This document shows positions 26,573 through 36,958 of a stretch of 64,000 bases of DNA, piece by piece. Under the pieces are notes generated by a model. It did no database searches, had not been told where the DNA came from, and was given only the letters and a program-made list of their open reading frames with translations. This DNA is from a virus. Location of the stretch: positions 1-64,000 of IMG/VR virus record IMGVR_UViG_3300025133_000029, one strand, 5' to 3'. Within the stretch, counting starts at the first letter, position 1, and each line of letters begins with the position of its first letter. A program made the translations under genes and the position numbers.

Positions 26573-27010
26573 TTGGGTGGTGTATTGAGAAAAATATATG
26601 ATTATCTCTGTCAAAATGAAAATTGCTCCGCAGAGGTAGCAGAGCTTATGGTTCGTTCTGGACAAGAGGATGAGCAGGTTTGCTCGGAGTGCAACCAAGC
26701 TCTACACAGACTACCCCCCGCTGTTCGTGGTTGGGCACCTTCGGCAGAAAGGACCAGTGAACAATTACAAGAGAGATCTTTCCAGCATTCTATGGAGATG
26801 GCTCGAAAAGGTCATGACCCAACTCAGAAGGACAACTATCACCCATCTGAATCGACAAAGCGAAAGCGAAGGGTGAGGAACACTCAAAAAGGTATGGTTG
26901 CGAGGCATCAAGATGATTGGAAGAGGCTCTCTAAGGATGCAGGCACCACAGAGAAAATTACGAGATCTGAACTTGGTCGTCGCATGGGTTCTAAGAGTGG
27001 TGGGGGATAA
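26573..27010 (+). CDS. FmdB-like zinc-ribbon protein
   Basis: IYDYLC....C ... CSEC. Confidence 0.6.
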   Translation: MGGVLRKIYDYLCQNENCSAEVAELMVRSGQEDEQVCSECNQALHRLPPAVRGWAPSAERTSEQLQERSFQHSMEMARKGHDPTQKDNYHPSESTKRKRRVRNTQKGMVARHQDDWKRLSKDAGTTEKITRSELGRRMGSKSGGG

Positions 27011-27041
27011 TGGGGCGGAGTTAATTTTTTGATAGGAGAGT

Positions 27042-27749
27042 TTGGTTGTGGATGATTTCTTAAGTGGTGTTGAAGAGTATTTCAATGATATGTTTTCTCC
27101 CCCCAGATCTCTTCGATCGTGGTGGGAAGAAGTTCAAATAGATATGCCTACTTTGGGGGCACAGTTGGCAGAATGGCCAACACTCTATTCATATTTTGGA
27201 GCGCTTTTGGTGCAAGCTTCTGAGAAACATGAAGAAGCAAAGACAGAACTGGATGCAATAAGGGCTGATGTTCGTCTTTCTGCTTATGAGCGTAGGAAGA
27301 GCATGGGTTTTAGTGTTGGCGATACATTTCTGAAAGCAGAAATAGATTCAGACGAACGAGTAAAGACAGCACGCTTATCTCTGAGGAAAGCTTCTCGAGT
27401 AAAGAAGCTGTGTGAGGTTGCGGTGAATGCTTTTGAATCGAAATTGAAAGCAATGCGATCTTTGGGTGCTAGAGAAAGGGCAGAGATGGAGGGAATTGAT
27501 CCATCAGTCCGAGACCAGATGTCGAGGGGGACTGGGACGTCTAGGGAAGTTGGGAGGCATAACACCTTCTACTCTGGACGTCATTCGGGGAGCAATGGCG
27601 ATTTGTCTGGAACAATGCCCGATGTCGTGAGAACAACTCCCACTCGTTCTCCAGATTCATCAGAACAGGATAACATTGTGCGAGGTGCAACAAAACAGGG
27701 TCAGTTTTTCAAGCCTGGAACGGATTGGTTTTCTGGTGAAAATGAATAG
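27042..27749 (+). CDS. UvsY-like recombination mediator
   Basis: Helical core (P.LYSYF...AFESK..MRSLGA..RAEM) located next to SSB and RecA. Confidence 0.55.
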   Translation: MVVDDFLSGVEEYFNDMFSPPRSLRSWWEEVQIDMPTLGAQLAEWPTLYSYFGALLVQASEKHEEAKTELDAIRADVRLSAYERRKSMGFSVGDTFLKAEIDSDERVKTARLSLRKASRVKKLCEVAVNAFESKLKAMRSLGARERAEMEGIDPSVRDQMSRGTGTSREVGRHNTFYSGRHSGSNGDLSGTMPDVVRTTPTRSPDSSEQDNIVRGATKQGQFFKPGTDWFSGENE

Positions 27750-27900
27750 ATATTTGTTTTCGTTGTTTCATTTTTGTATGGGTTATATATATATATATTT
27801 TCAAAGCAATAAAAAGGAGGGTTAATTATCTAAAAAAACAGGAAAAAAACAGGAAAGAAAATCGGATTATCTCAAAAAACAAGCAAGGAAAAAAACACAG

Positions 27901-29364
27901 ATGACAGAGTTTATTGCAGTTAGTCAGGATGCTATTCGCGAGAGGCAAAAAATTGAAAAAGTGAGCAGGAACTCAAGCCTTCCCAAGCTTTCTTTTTTTC
28001 AGCCTAACAACGGGCATACCTATACTATTCGAATCCTTCCTCCTTGGACGAGTGAAGGGAAATTCGCGGCGTTGCCGTATATGGAAATTTGGCAACATTG
28101 GGATGTTGGACCTCAAAATATCCGAGTGAATTGTGCAAAGAGGATGTCGGACAATCAAGAGTACTGTTACGTTTGTGAGCAATTGGAACTCTTGAACAAA
28201 CATGGTTCGGAGGCGGAAAAGAAGGCTTCCGGTCGGCAACGAGCGAGTCGTCGATATGTTTATCAAATCATCGATCGCGAAGATATGGTTTACACCGCAA
28301 ATGATTCTCAAGTAGAGAAAAATCCCAAGCTTCTTGGAACGCTCAAGATCAAAATGATGGGCTTGGGGTATCGGGCACACTCGAAGATCACAACACTGTT
28401 TGCATCGGCGCAGTGGGGTGATATCTCGAATCCTTTTACAGGGGTGGATATTGAACTGTCGAAGTCGGGCTTTGACAGTGATACGACGTATTCGATCAGC
28501 CCTTGTCGAAACAGCATGCCGATATTCGCGACGGCAGATGGGAAGGCAGACAGTCGGGCTATTAGTGGAGTGGCTTCGGGGATGTATGAACTCGATGATC
28601 ATCGAAATTTCACGCCGACTACGGATGAAGATTGTCGTTTGATTTGGGCGGGGATTGCTCCGTGGCAAGCCACAGAGGAGCAGAAAGTCGCCGTTTTAGG
28701 AGAGGGCTACAAAACGAGAGCCTCTAATCAGGTGACGGATGGTGGGACACAGACACAGCCAGCGGGGCTTTTGTCTCCTCCTGCCACAGCGCCGACCTCC
28801 AATCCACTGACGGCTTGGGAGGGAAGGATTGTGGGTGGTCAGGTTTTGGGGAAAGCCGAGGTCGCGGAAAAACATGGTCATCAGTTAGAGCAGATCCCCT
28901 GGTGTTACGGAGAGCGTCCACAGCCCGTTGGAAGCCATGCAGAGTATTGTGAGAGTTGTCCTCTTGTTGCAGATTGCGTGGCGTTGTACAAGCACAATAG
29001 CGATATGCAATATTACGAAGGTCCTCCCGTTCCAAGAGCGGCTCCGGTGATTCCAGCGGCTCCAGCGGCTCCAGCGGCTCCAGTGGCTCCGGTGGCTCCA
29101 GCGGCTCCAGTGGCTTCGGCGGCTCCGGTGGCTCCAGCGGCTCCGGTGGCTCCAGCGGCTCCAGTGGCTTCGGCGGCTCCAGTGGCTCCGGCGGCTCCAG
29201 TGGCTCCGGTGGCTCCAGCAAACTATAATCAGTTTGCTACTTCGGGAGTACCAACAGCATACCAAACACCTCCTCCAGCAGCGGTTCCGGCACCACCGGG
29301 ACAAGAAGCGAGTGCCATGGCGCAAATGACTCAAAAATTGCAAGCAGCGGCACAAGGAAAATAA
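27901..29364 (+). CDS. gp32-like single-stranded DNA-binding protein with Ala/Pro-rich tail
   Basis: IRILPP, HW, C...[18 protein letters not shown]; flanked by UvsY-like and RecA genes. Confidence 0.7.
   Translation: MTEFIAVSQDAIRERQKIEKVSRNSSLPKLSFFQPNNGHTYTIRILPPWTSEGKFAALPYMEIWQHWDVGPQNIRVNCAKRMSDNQEYCYVCEQLELLNKHGSEAEKKASGRQRASRRYVYQIIDREDMVYTANDSQVEKNPKLLGTLKIKMMGLGYRAHSKITTLFASAQWGDISNPFTGVDIELSKSGFDSDTTYSISPCRNSMPIFATADGKADSRAISGVASGMYELDDHRNFTPTTDEDCRLIWAGIAPWQATEEQKVAVLGEGYKTRASNQVTDGGTQTQPAGLLSPPATAPTSNPLTAWEGRIVGGQVLGKAEVAEKHGHQLEQIPWCYGERPQPVGSHAEYCESCPLVADCVALYKHNSDMQYYEGPPVPRAAPVIPAAPAAPAAPVAPVAPAAPVASAAPVAPAAPVAPAAPVASAAPVAPAAPVAPVAPANYNQFATSGVPTAYQTPPPAAVPAPPGQEASAMAQMTQKLQAAAQGK
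29036..29220 (+). repeat. 9-bp coding tandem repeat (Ala-Pro-Ala/Val)
   Basis: About 20 units of GCTCC(A/G)G(C/T)G encoding APA/APV/ASA. Confidence 0.9.
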
Positions 29365-29404
29365 GCGGAGGGGATTGAGGGGGTTTATTTTTTTGTTCAG
29401 ATCT

Positions 29405-29446
29405 AGAGGTTGTGAAGAAGAATATTCTTCGCAGCCTCTTTTTTTT
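29405..29446 (+). terminator. intrinsic terminator after SSB
   Basis: AGAGGTTGTGAAGAA-GAATA-TTCTTCGCAGCCTCT followed by a T run. Confidence 0.7.
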
Positions 29447-29460
29447 AGGAGAATTTGAGC

Positions 29461-31539
29461 GTGGCGAAAAAAAGAAAAAAAAGCAGCAGTGCTCCTGCTT
29501 CTCCCAGTCCAGGAGTTATGGACAGAGATACAGCATTGCACTTAGCAATCTCATCGGTCGAAAAGCAGTTTGGCAAGGGAGCTATTTATCGTTTGGGTGA
29601 CGATGGATCCGAACAGCGATCGAAGATAGATACTGTTTCAACAGGAAGCATTACTCTTGACAAGGCTTTGACTGTGGGAGGATACCCTCGGGGTCGTGTC
29701 ATTGAGGTGTTTGGTCCGGAAGCATGTTTAGATGGTGATACTTTTATCCAGTACACTGTTTGGGGTGCAGATGGGAAGAGGGTTAATCATAAAGGGGGGA
29801 CCATACGCAGGCTATGGGAGAGATTCCACGGAAAGTCTGCATCAGGAGATGGTAGGGGTAAAAAATATCTCCATCCTTCTTCTATTGGAGTAACGTTCAC
29901 GGCACCTTGTGTTAACGAAGAAAACTGTATCTTTCACAACAATATCATTGATGTTGTGCAGACGGGTTCGAAGGAGTGCTATGAATTAACAACGGTTGGT
30001 GGATCTGTCATTGTTGCGACAGAAGACCACAAGTTTTTCACGGGGGAACAATGGGTTGCTTTGTCAGACTTGAATCCCGGTGATACTCTTATGATTCACA
30101 ACAATACTCCCTTTCGAGCGAGTGATAGTTGTTGTGATGAGGATGAAAAAGAATATCGCAAGTATGTTCATGTGCGTCATCATCCAGTTGGGGGAAAGAA
30201 GATGGTGAGGGAGAGGGTGTCGAGGACGGATCCTAGTTTGTTCCGTGAGTATGAATATAGAAGACTGTCTATTGCTAGGGTGGTGGTGGAAGCTTCTATG
30301 AATAATCTTTCTTATGAAGAATATATAGAAAGATTAAATTCTGGAGATTTGGATGGACTTTCATTCTTAGAAAGGGATGACCACGTTCATCATCTAGATG
30401 AAAATATCACGAACAATGATCTGAACAATCTGTTAGTTATGTCAGCTTCGGAGCATTCCCGGCTACGTGCTTTGGATAGACATAACAACCTTCGCTTCAG
30501 GGTCTTGGAAGATCAAGTCTTTTCGATAGTTCCAGTTGGTCTCAGAGAGACATATGATATTAAAATGGAAAATCCATTTAATAACTATGTTGCCAATGAG
30601 TTTGTTGTCCACAATAGCGGGAAAACCACCATTTGCTTGCATGCTATCGCCTCGGTTCAACGATTGGGTGAGGTGGCAGCGATTGTGGATGCAGAGCATG
30701 CTTTGGATATGAAGTATGCGCGTCATTTGGGAGTAGACGTTGATAATCTTTTAGTTTCCCAACCTGACTACGGGGAGCAAGCACTGGAGATAGTAGAGAC
30801 ACTGATGCGATCGTCAGCCGTATCGTTGATAGTGGTGGATTCAGTCGCTGCTTTGGTTCCGAGGGCAGAGATAGAGGGTGATATGGGTGACTCTCATGTT
30901 GGATTGCAAGCGAGACTGATGTCTCAGGCTTGTAGGAAGCTTGCGGGTTTGGCTAATTCGACTGGGACCATTCTATACTTCACAAATCAACTCAGAATGA
31001 AGATTGGTGTTCAGTGGGGGAATCCTGAGACAACGACGGGCGGGAACGCTTTAAAATTCTATGCTTCTGTTCGTCTCGATGTGAGAAGGATAGGAAAACT
31101 GAAGAGTGGTGATGAGCTAAAGGGACACCGCGCACGAATAAAGGTTGTAAAAAACAAGGTAGCTCCACCGTTCCAAGAAGCAGAGGTAGATATTGTCTAC
31201 AACCGGGGAATCGCTCCTGAGATGGAGATATTGAATCTTGGAGTAGACTTAGGAATTCTTGAGAAAAAAGGTGCTTACTTTTCATATGATGGAGAAAACA
31301 TCGGGCAAGGAAAGTTCAGGGCGGCAGATCATTTGCTTTCCCAACCGGAATTATTCCAAACTCTTTACAATCTTGTAAGGAATGCATGTTTGAGTGAGTC
31401 TTTTGATGAAGAAGTGCCGACACTCCCAACAATTCCAATCCCAGATCAAGAGATTCGGCCTTTGCCTGTTGTTCCTCCTCGACCGAACGGTGCAAATGGT
31501 TCGGATTCAGGTGGTGGCAAGGTTCCAACACCAAAATAG
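29461..31539 (+). CDS. recA: RecA recombinase with intein
   Basis: [45 protein letters not shown] and [14 protein letters not shown]. Confidence 0.97.
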   Translation: MAKKRKKSSSAPASPSPGVMDRDTALHLAISSVEKQFGKGAIYRLGDDGSEQRSKIDTVSTGSITLDKALTVGGYPRGRVIEVFGPEACLDGDTFIQYTVWGADGKRVNHKGGTIRRLWERFHGKSASGDGRGKKYLHPSSIGVTFTAPCVNEENCIFHNNIIDVVQTGSKECYELTTVGGSVIVATEDHKFFTGEQWVALSDLNPGDTLMIHNNTPFRASDSCCDEDEKEYRKYVHVRHHPVGGKKMVRERVSRTDPSLFREYEYRRLSIARVVVEASMNNLSYEEYIERLNSGDLDGLSFLERDDHVHHLDENITNNDLNNLLVMSASEHSRLRALDRHNNLRFRVLEDQVFSIVPVGLRETYDIKMENPFNNYVANEFVVHNSGKTTICLHAIASVQRLGEVAAIVDAEHALDMKYARHLGVDVDNLLVSQPDYGEQALEIVETLMRSSAVSLIVVDSVAALVPRAEIEGDMGDSHVGLQARLMSQACRKLAGLANSTGTILYFTNQLRMKIGVQWGNPETTTGGNALKFYASVRLDVRRIGKLKSGDELKGHRARIKVVKNKVAPPFQEAEVDIVYNRGIAPEMEILNLGVDLGILEKKGAYFSYDGENIGQGKFRAADHLLSQPELFQTLYNLVRNACLSESFDEEVPTLPTIPIPDQEIRPLPVVPPRPNGANGSDSGGGKVPTPK
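29725..30615 (+). mobile_element. intein with HNH endonuclease (297 aa) in the RecA P-loop
   Basis: Starts CLDGDT, block [25 protein letters not shown]...H (HNH), ends TYDI...FVVHN followed by Ser. Confidence 0.92.
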
Positions 31540-31607
31540 TTCTTGCTTTGGTCTTCAATCTCCTTATTTTTATTTTTGGCTTTTATAGAAAATAAGGAGA
31601 TTGAAGA

Positions 31608-31910
31608 ATGAAATTCAGACCTCTGGGAGACAGGTTGGTTGTGCGTCGTGATGCCCCGGAAGATGTTACGCCGGGTGGCCTCATTATGCCGACTAACGAA
31701 GAAAAGCAGACGGGCGTTGTGTTGTCGGTCGGGAGAGGAACGGTTCTGGAGGATGGAGCCATTCGTCCTCTTGATGTTTCTGTGGGGGACCGTGTCCTCT
31801 TCTCGAAGTATGGTGGAACAGACATCAAAATTGATGGGGATGGGGTTATCATCTTTCGAGAGGCAGATCTCTTGGGAGTGTTTGAGGAATCTTCGGATGT
31901 AGGCGAATAA
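31608..31910 (+). CDS. groES: co-chaperonin GroES
   Basis: FRPLGDRLVV, TPGGLIMP, V.VGDRVLFSKYGGT and EADLLG. Confidence 0.95.
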   Translation: MKFRPLGDRLVVRRDAPEDVTPGGLIMPTNEEKQTGVVLSVGRGTVLEDGAIRPLDVSVGDRVLFSKYGGTDIKIDGDGVIIFREADLLGVFEESSDVGE

Positions 31911-31940
31911 CTAGTCGATGTTTTTTTGATTCCTTTTTGT

Positions 31941-31969
31941 AGGGTGCTTCTTTGAGGCACCCTTTTTTT
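31941..31969 (+). terminator. intrinsic terminator after groES
   Basis: AGGGTGCTTC-TTT-GAGGCACCCT followed by a T run. Confidence 0.75.
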
Positions 31970-31978
31970 ATATGAAAA

Positions 31979-31995
31979 TCTTTAGACTCTAAAGA
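31979..31995. repeat. 17-bp dispersed palindrome, copy 8
   Basis: TCTTTAGACTCTAAAGA. Confidence 0.95.
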
Positions 31996-32018
31996 TTTCT
32001 GTTTAGGAGAATTGGTCT

Positions 32019-33227
32019 ATGAGCTTGAGTACCGAAGAGCAAAATGAAATATCGATGTCTTTGTCTATCATTCCATTGGACGCCAAGGCAGCAGTCTTGA
32101 GCTTGGATGGCGTGTCTCCGCATAAGTTGGGTGACATTATTGAGTTTATGGACGATGTGAAAAAGAAAAAAGGGTTGGATCTGCCGATAATCATCTTGGA
32201 TGGACAGAGGATGTCCTTGGAGGTTGTTTCGCCTTTGGGCGAAGATAATTTTGTCTTTTTTCGATTTTCGGAGAGTTGTACATTGGAAGAAGTGACAGAG
32301 GCCAAAGAGGAACTTGAGAAAATATTTTCGAAGGAAAGGGTTGTTATTATTCCAGGATCACCGGATATCGAGTTTGTTCCTTCGGGTGGGGCAAAAATAG
32401 TGTTGTTGGATACTGGAAAATTATCGATCGGTGTTTTGACTGCCATCAATATGATTAAGAAAAAACTGGGTGATGATGTCGGAGTCATTCCAGTTAGGGG
32501 AAAATGTGCGGTTCCCGAGGTTTTTACCACAGAAGATATGGAATCGCATGGATGGTATCCTTGGATCAAATACGTCAACCTCTTGGCAGCACATATAGGG
32601 ATGTCGGAGCGTTTAGATATTTTCAGACACCTGCTCTCTAGGTTAATGGACGGCGAGGTGGTTCCCGAAAATGAGCTTGAGGAAATAGAGATAAACCTTC
32701 TAGACTTTAAGCTACTACAGACACATGAAAGCAATAGAGATGGCAATACGGTGGAGTTTGCTACTTCTATTACAAAGCACAGAGATTTATTTTTTCAGGT
32801 CCTCGAGGATTTCATCTTGGAGTTGAGGGGAGAGTCAGAGGTAGGTCGAACGCTTCCACCTCAACACTGGTTGCAGTATTTTATAGGAAAGCTTTGCAAG
32901 TCTGCGATGGGTGGTGCAGAAAATTTCAAAATTGGTCTTTTTGAAGATAGAACACCTGTAGCAGAAGACCTAGGCTTTTCGGGGAAGCCCGATCGTTTTG
33001 AGGTCATTATTAATAAGCTTAAACCATTGTCATTAACAGTGGGTGAGGTTCTGCAGCAGTATAAGAGTAAATCTGCAAGCGTAAATGGTTTGGCTTCTGT
33101 TGTTAGAGATAAGCTATCGAATGCTCTAAGTCTTATCAATCATGAAGACTTATCCAATCGGGAAATGATTTCTCATATTGAGGACGCCCTTCAGACGTTG
33201 GAGCACATGGCTAAGTTAACGAGATAA
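32019..33227 (+). CDS. hypothetical protein
   Basis: 402-aa ORF with AGGAG RBS. Confidence 0.7.
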   Translation: MSLSTEEQNEISMSLSIIPLDAKAAVLSLDGVSPHKLGDIIEFMDDVKKKKGLDLPIIILDGQRMSLEVVSPLGEDNFVFFRFSESCTLEEVTEAKEELEKIFSKERVVIIPGSPDIEFVPSGGAKIVLLDTGKLSIGVLTAINMIKKKLGDDVGVIPVRGKCAVPEVFTTEDMESHGWYPWIKYVNLLAAHIGMSERLDIFRHLLSRLMDGEVVPENELEEIEINLLDFKLLQTHESNRDGNTVEFATSITKHRDLFFQVLEDFILELRGESEVGRTLPPQHWLQYFIGKLCKSAMGGAENFKIGLFEDRTPVAEDLGFSGKPDRFEVIINKLKPLSLTVGEVLQQYKSKSASVNGLASVVRDKLSNALSLINHEDLSNREMISHIEDALQTLEHMAKLTR

Positions 33228-33252
33228 GAAAACAGATACAAGGAGTTTAGAG

Positions 33253-34035
33253 GTGGGTTCTTCTATTGATGCAACATGGCTGTTGGATTCTTGTGACAAA
33301 ACGTTTCCACATTTCTTTTCAAAACCATGCCTCTTTTTTGATCTTTGGATTGAATCAGAGATATTCGGCGGGAAAATTTTAGAGAATGTATTGCATGACA
33401 TCCAAGAGAACCAACTGGACCTAGAGGATGTCATGCGGGGGAGTGATGGGCACTCTTACTACGGTATCAAAAATTATACTACGGACATGTCAGCGGCTTG
33501 GAAGATTGTAGAGTTGTTTGGTGAAGGCATGGGTCTTGCGAACCCAGGATTTTCTTTTCGGGGGCCTTTGCGAAAGAGGGAAGGTCGGAGAGTGGGTAGA
33601 CTGCTAAGTAGTCTTGTGGGTTGGTATGTTGTTGCAGAACGGTATAACAAGAAGGAATTGATTTTCAATACGAATCCTGCGATGGTGATTTGTGAAGCGG
33701 CTCGAATTATTCGACGAGAGAAGTTCTTCATTTTTCCACATGAGCCAGAGGATCCAATCCCAGGAGCAAAGCAACTATCGCCGGAATTCCCATTGGAAGA
33801 TGACTTTTCGCAGACAGATGTGGGAGATGAGGTTGGGTGGAGTTTGGAAGAGTTTCCAAACTCTAGATCTCAAGAAGGAATGCGTCCTTTGCTAGAGAAC
33901 AATGTTTCTTCTGAACTTGGGGGGAGTCAACGTCTTTCAGAAGAGAAGAAAGGTTTTGCTTTATCAGTACCGGCTCCCCCTATCCAGGTTCCGTTACCTC
34001 CTTCAAGGAAGGGAAAGGGGAGAAAGAAGAAGTAG
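33253..34035 (+). CDS. hypothetical protein with phage ABA-sandwich-like motif
   Basis: YTTDMSAAWKIVE ... PAMVICEAA. Confidence 0.5.
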   Translation: MGSSIDATWLLDSCDKTFPHFFSKPCLFFDLWIESEIFGGKILENVLHDIQENQLDLEDVMRGSDGHSYYGIKNYTTDMSAAWKIVELFGEGMGLANPGFSFRGPLRKREGRRVGRLLSSLVGWYVVAERYNKKELIFNTNPAMVICEAARIIRREKFFIFPHEPEDPIPGAKQLSPEFPLEDDFSQTDVGDEVGWSLEEFPNSRSQEGMRPLLENNVSSELGGSQRLSEEKKGFALSVPAPPIQVPLPPSRKGKGRKKK

Positions 34036-34047
34036 GGTTTGTAATAA

Positions 34048-35268
34048 ATGTCCATACGCTTTGTTGTTTCGGCAGATATTCATTGTCACAATTTTGAGGG
34101 ATTCTCGTCTCGTTTGCCATCGGGTCTACACGAGAGGATGTTTGTGCCCCTACGATGTCTTTCTTATATGAGAGAGGTTGCGCTCAGGGAAGGTATTTAT
34201 AATTTAATCATTGCGGGTGATTTATTTGATGCCAAGGGTCGCATTCCTGTTGTGGTAATCAATCATGTCTATAGAGAACTTTGTAAGTGGTCAGAAGAAG
34301 GGTTTCAGGTATTAGTTATACCGGGCAATCATGACCACGCTTTGCGGACGGGCGAAGAGCATGGCCTTTCTGTGTTTAGGGATCTTGATGGCTTTATGGT
34401 CATTGACGAGCCAGAAAAGTTTTATTGGAGCGTGATAGACGATTTTGGGGAAGAAAACTGGGTCTATGTTTCGGCGGTTCCCTATAGAGATAAACTGCGA
34501 GAGACATATTTTTCGATATCGGAAGAAGATGAAGCGGGAGACCATTTTCTTTTGTGCGTAGCGCATGGTGTTGTGGGGGGAACACATTACCGGAAAGACC
34601 AGGGCAAATCATTCGCGGTAGAAGGGGATGGGGTTGTTGATCACGAAGGGTTGCGAGAGTTTGATGTAATTCGAAGGAACTGGCTTGAGCCTTTTGATCG
34701 ATCCATTGTTGGCCATGTGCATTTGCCACAAAAGACAGGTAGGTATGATCATATATTGATTCCGGGGATGCCATGGCAACAATATCCGCATGAGTGTGGG
34801 GAGTATCGAGGGATATGGATTCTTTCTACAGATGAGGATGTGGATGATAACCATTTGCGCGTTCCAGATATTCCTTTCTTTATCAGGGCGGATCTTCATA
34901 TTGATGGTCGTTTGTCTTCTAGGGTTAAAGGACAGGGTGGTGAAAACTTATCGATGTCGATCGTTCCAGGGAACATAGTGCTGGTGACGCCTGAGTCCTC
35001 TGCTATCGAGCAGTCTGTTGTGAATGATGCTCTGAGTAAGTTGAGGGATAGCGGTGCTTCCTTTGTGGAGTTAACAAACCCGAGAGAGAAGATGGGAGAC
35101 AAACCACCACGCATTGAGCTAAACGCGGAAGAGTCGCCCTATGATGTTTTGGATAAAGTTTTACACTCTGGACATTTGGATCTGAAGGGATTTGAGCCAG
35201 AAGAGATAAGAGACTTGGGAAATGATGTTCTTGATGAGGTCTTAGGAAAAACAGAGGAGGAAGAATAA
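34048..35268 (+). CDS. SbcD/Mre11-like metallophosphoesterase nuclease
   Basis: ADIH, AGDLFD, PGNHD, AHG and GHVH motifs. Confidence 0.9.
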   Translation: MSIRFVVSADIHCHNFEGFSSRLPSGLHERMFVPLRCLSYMREVALREGIYNLIIAGDLFDAKGRIPVVVINHVYRELCKWSEEGFQVLVIPGNHDHALRTGEEHGLSVFRDLDGFMVIDEPEKFYWSVIDDFGEENWVYVSAVPYRDKLRETYFSISEEDEAGDHFLLCVAHGVVGGTHYRKDQGKSFAVEGDGVVDHEGLREFDVIRRNWLEPFDRSIVGHVHLPQKTGRYDHILIPGMPWQQYPHECGEYRGIWILSTDEDVDDNHLRVPDIPFFIRADLHIDGRLSSRVKGQGGENLSMSIVPGNIVLVTPESSAIEQSVVNDALSKLRDSGASFVELTNPREKMGDKPPRIELNAEESPYDVLDKVLHSGHLDLKGFEPEEIRDLGNDVLDEVLGKTEEEE

Positions 35269-35269
35269 A

Positions 35270-36316
35270 ATGATAGAGTATAAAGAGTATGATCAAAAAG
35301 AACTGGTGGGATCTTGTATTTGTGTTCATTGTCAGAGTGTTGTCGATTTCAAAAAAATAAGAAGGACTTTTCTGAATGAGATTATTCGGTGTCCAGAGTG
35401 TCTAAGGATTGGTCTGTTTTACAGTAGGACCCAAGATGGTCTTCCAATCTATAGGGAAGAAGGACCTTTGCATTGGGGAGAACTGGTGAAAAATGGACTA
35501 GCGGTGCATTCTTGGACCCCGGATGACTTGAGAAACATTGCAGATGATTGGGAGTTTCGATTAAAGCAAAGCTCTTCGGACTCGGAAAGAGTGGCGAAGT
35601 ATAGAAGAGTCCCCTTAGACTTGGAGGAAACGCATAAACTTGCAACGAGAAATGTGGGATTGTTGCAAATCTATGAAGATTTCGAGTGGTTGTGTTTTCA
35701 CTGCAGGACAGAGCCTTTTAGTGCTATGGAGTTCGATGAGAAAGAAGGTGTAACTGCAGATGGAACATTACTTTGTCCCAAGTGTGGGATTGATGCAGTG
35801 ATTCCTTGCCATCCTGATTTGATGGGGATTATTAGTGGTGAAAATGACACACAGTCTTCTCGGGAATTATCTTCATTTATGGATAAGATGGAGGCTCATT
35901 ATTTCAAGAAGGATGAGAGAGTAAACGACTGGCCTCAAACTCTGGATGATTGCCTTACTTGTTTAGATGGTGTTTTGAACGAAGAGAACAAAGACTCACT
36001 GCGAAGGACAAAACGATCGGATCTTATTGCATGGCACACGTCACTCGGGCGCTGGATACGGAATAATTTTGGACTTTGGGAGAGGAATTTTCCACTTCTT
36101 AGTGATATTGCAGAGAAAGCGTTTCCTGCAGGCATGGATGACACTCATGCTATTGTGTGGCCTGCGGAGGAGGAAGTAAAAACGATTCATCCTGATAATG
36201 CTTCTTCCTGGATTACTTTTTACTTCTGGGAATATTTGCGAGAGAAGCAGCCGTTTGATGAGAGTTTGGAAAAAGAATTCTCTGTCGATGTTTTTTATTT
36301 AGGAAGAAGAAGATGA
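35270..36316 (+). CDS. multi-domain hypothetical protein (Zn ribbons; DUF6794-like C-terminus)
   Basis: CVHC/CPEC, CFHC/CPKCGIDAV and HTSLGRWIRNNFGLW...HPD. Confidence 0.55.
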   Translation: MIEYKEYDQKELVGSCICVHCQSVVDFKKIRRTFLNEIIRCPECLRIGLFYSRTQDGLPIYREEGPLHWGELVKNGLAVHSWTPDDLRNIADDWEFRLKQSSSDSERVAKYRRVPLDLEETHKLATRNVGLLQIYEDFEWLCFHCRTEPFSAMEFDEKEGVTADGTLLCPKCGIDAVIPCHPDLMGIISGENDTQSSRELSSFMDKMEAHYFKKDERVNDWPQTLDDCLTCLDGVLNEENKDSLRRTKRSDLIAWHTSLGRWIRNNFGLWERNFPLLSDIAEKAFPAGMDDTHAIVWPAEEEVKTIHPDNASSWITFYFWEYLREKQPFDESLEKEFSVDVFYLGRRR

Positions 36317-36322
36317 AAGAAG

Positions 36323-36652
36323 TTGAAAATGAAAGAAATTAAAGAGGAAAAAGAAGATTTTGAACTAGATTATGCTTGGTTGCAACGTCGGAAGGGTGTA
36401 AAGGTGATGCATCCTGTTCATGGGCTCGAGCTAAGACTTTTAGAGGGAGGCGATGAGGATTATGTTATTATGAGGTATCCTCAAAACAACATAAAGTTGC
36501 CAACAGTAAGCGAGGTTCCTCCTGAATTAGAAGCGTTGATACAAACTAGACTTGAATTGAAACGTCTTCTAGAAGGGGTGGAGACTGCTATCTCTTTTCA
36601 ATCTTTTGTTTCTTCGGGAAGGGGAATCTATAACAATGGCAAAGAAGATTAA
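36323..36652 (+). CDS. hypothetical protein
   Basis: ORF in the operon. Confidence 0.5.
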   Translation: MKMKEIKEEKEDFELDYAWLQRRKGVKVMHPVHGLELRLLEGGDEDYVIMRYPQNNIKLPTVSEVPPELEALIQTRLELKRLLEGVETAISFQSFVSSGRGIYNNGKED

Positions 36653-36872
36653 GTATGCTCAGTGCAAACTTCGTAAAGAAGTCGAAAATAAATATTATAA
36701 AGTAACGACGGCTTGGATACCTGAAAAATATGCAGTCATCAACAAAACCCTAAGAATAAGAAACACCGATACAGGTGAATGGGAAGATGGGTGGGTTGTT
36801 ACTCATTCGTTTCAGGTTTTGGACTCTCCACACCTTTCTTTTCCACGAACACTCGATGGGTATTGGCGATAA
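36636..36872 (+). CDS. hypothetical protein
   Basis: Short overlapping ORF (QCKL...TAWIPEKYA). Confidence 0.55.
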   Translation: MAKKIKYAQCKLRKEVENKYYKVTTAWIPEKYAVINKTLRIRNTDTGEWEDGWVVTHSFQVLDSPHLSFPRTLDGYWR

Positions 36873-36880
36873 ATAAAAAA

Positions 36881-36897
36881 TCTTTAGAGTCTAAAGA
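36881..36897. repeat. 17-bp dispersed palindrome, copy 9
   Basis: TCTTTAGAGTCTAAAGA with A/T extended arms. Confidence 0.95.
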
Positions 36898-36958
36898 TTT
36901 TTCCTCATCATTGTTTTCGGATAATATATGGTTTTCTTTGCTTGTGGGGAATTGAGCC

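Noticed and set aside
28724-29541. Minus-strand ORFs with EPPEPL or WSHRS repeats
   Set aside because: They are antisense shadows of the Ala-Pro tandem repeat in the SSB gene.
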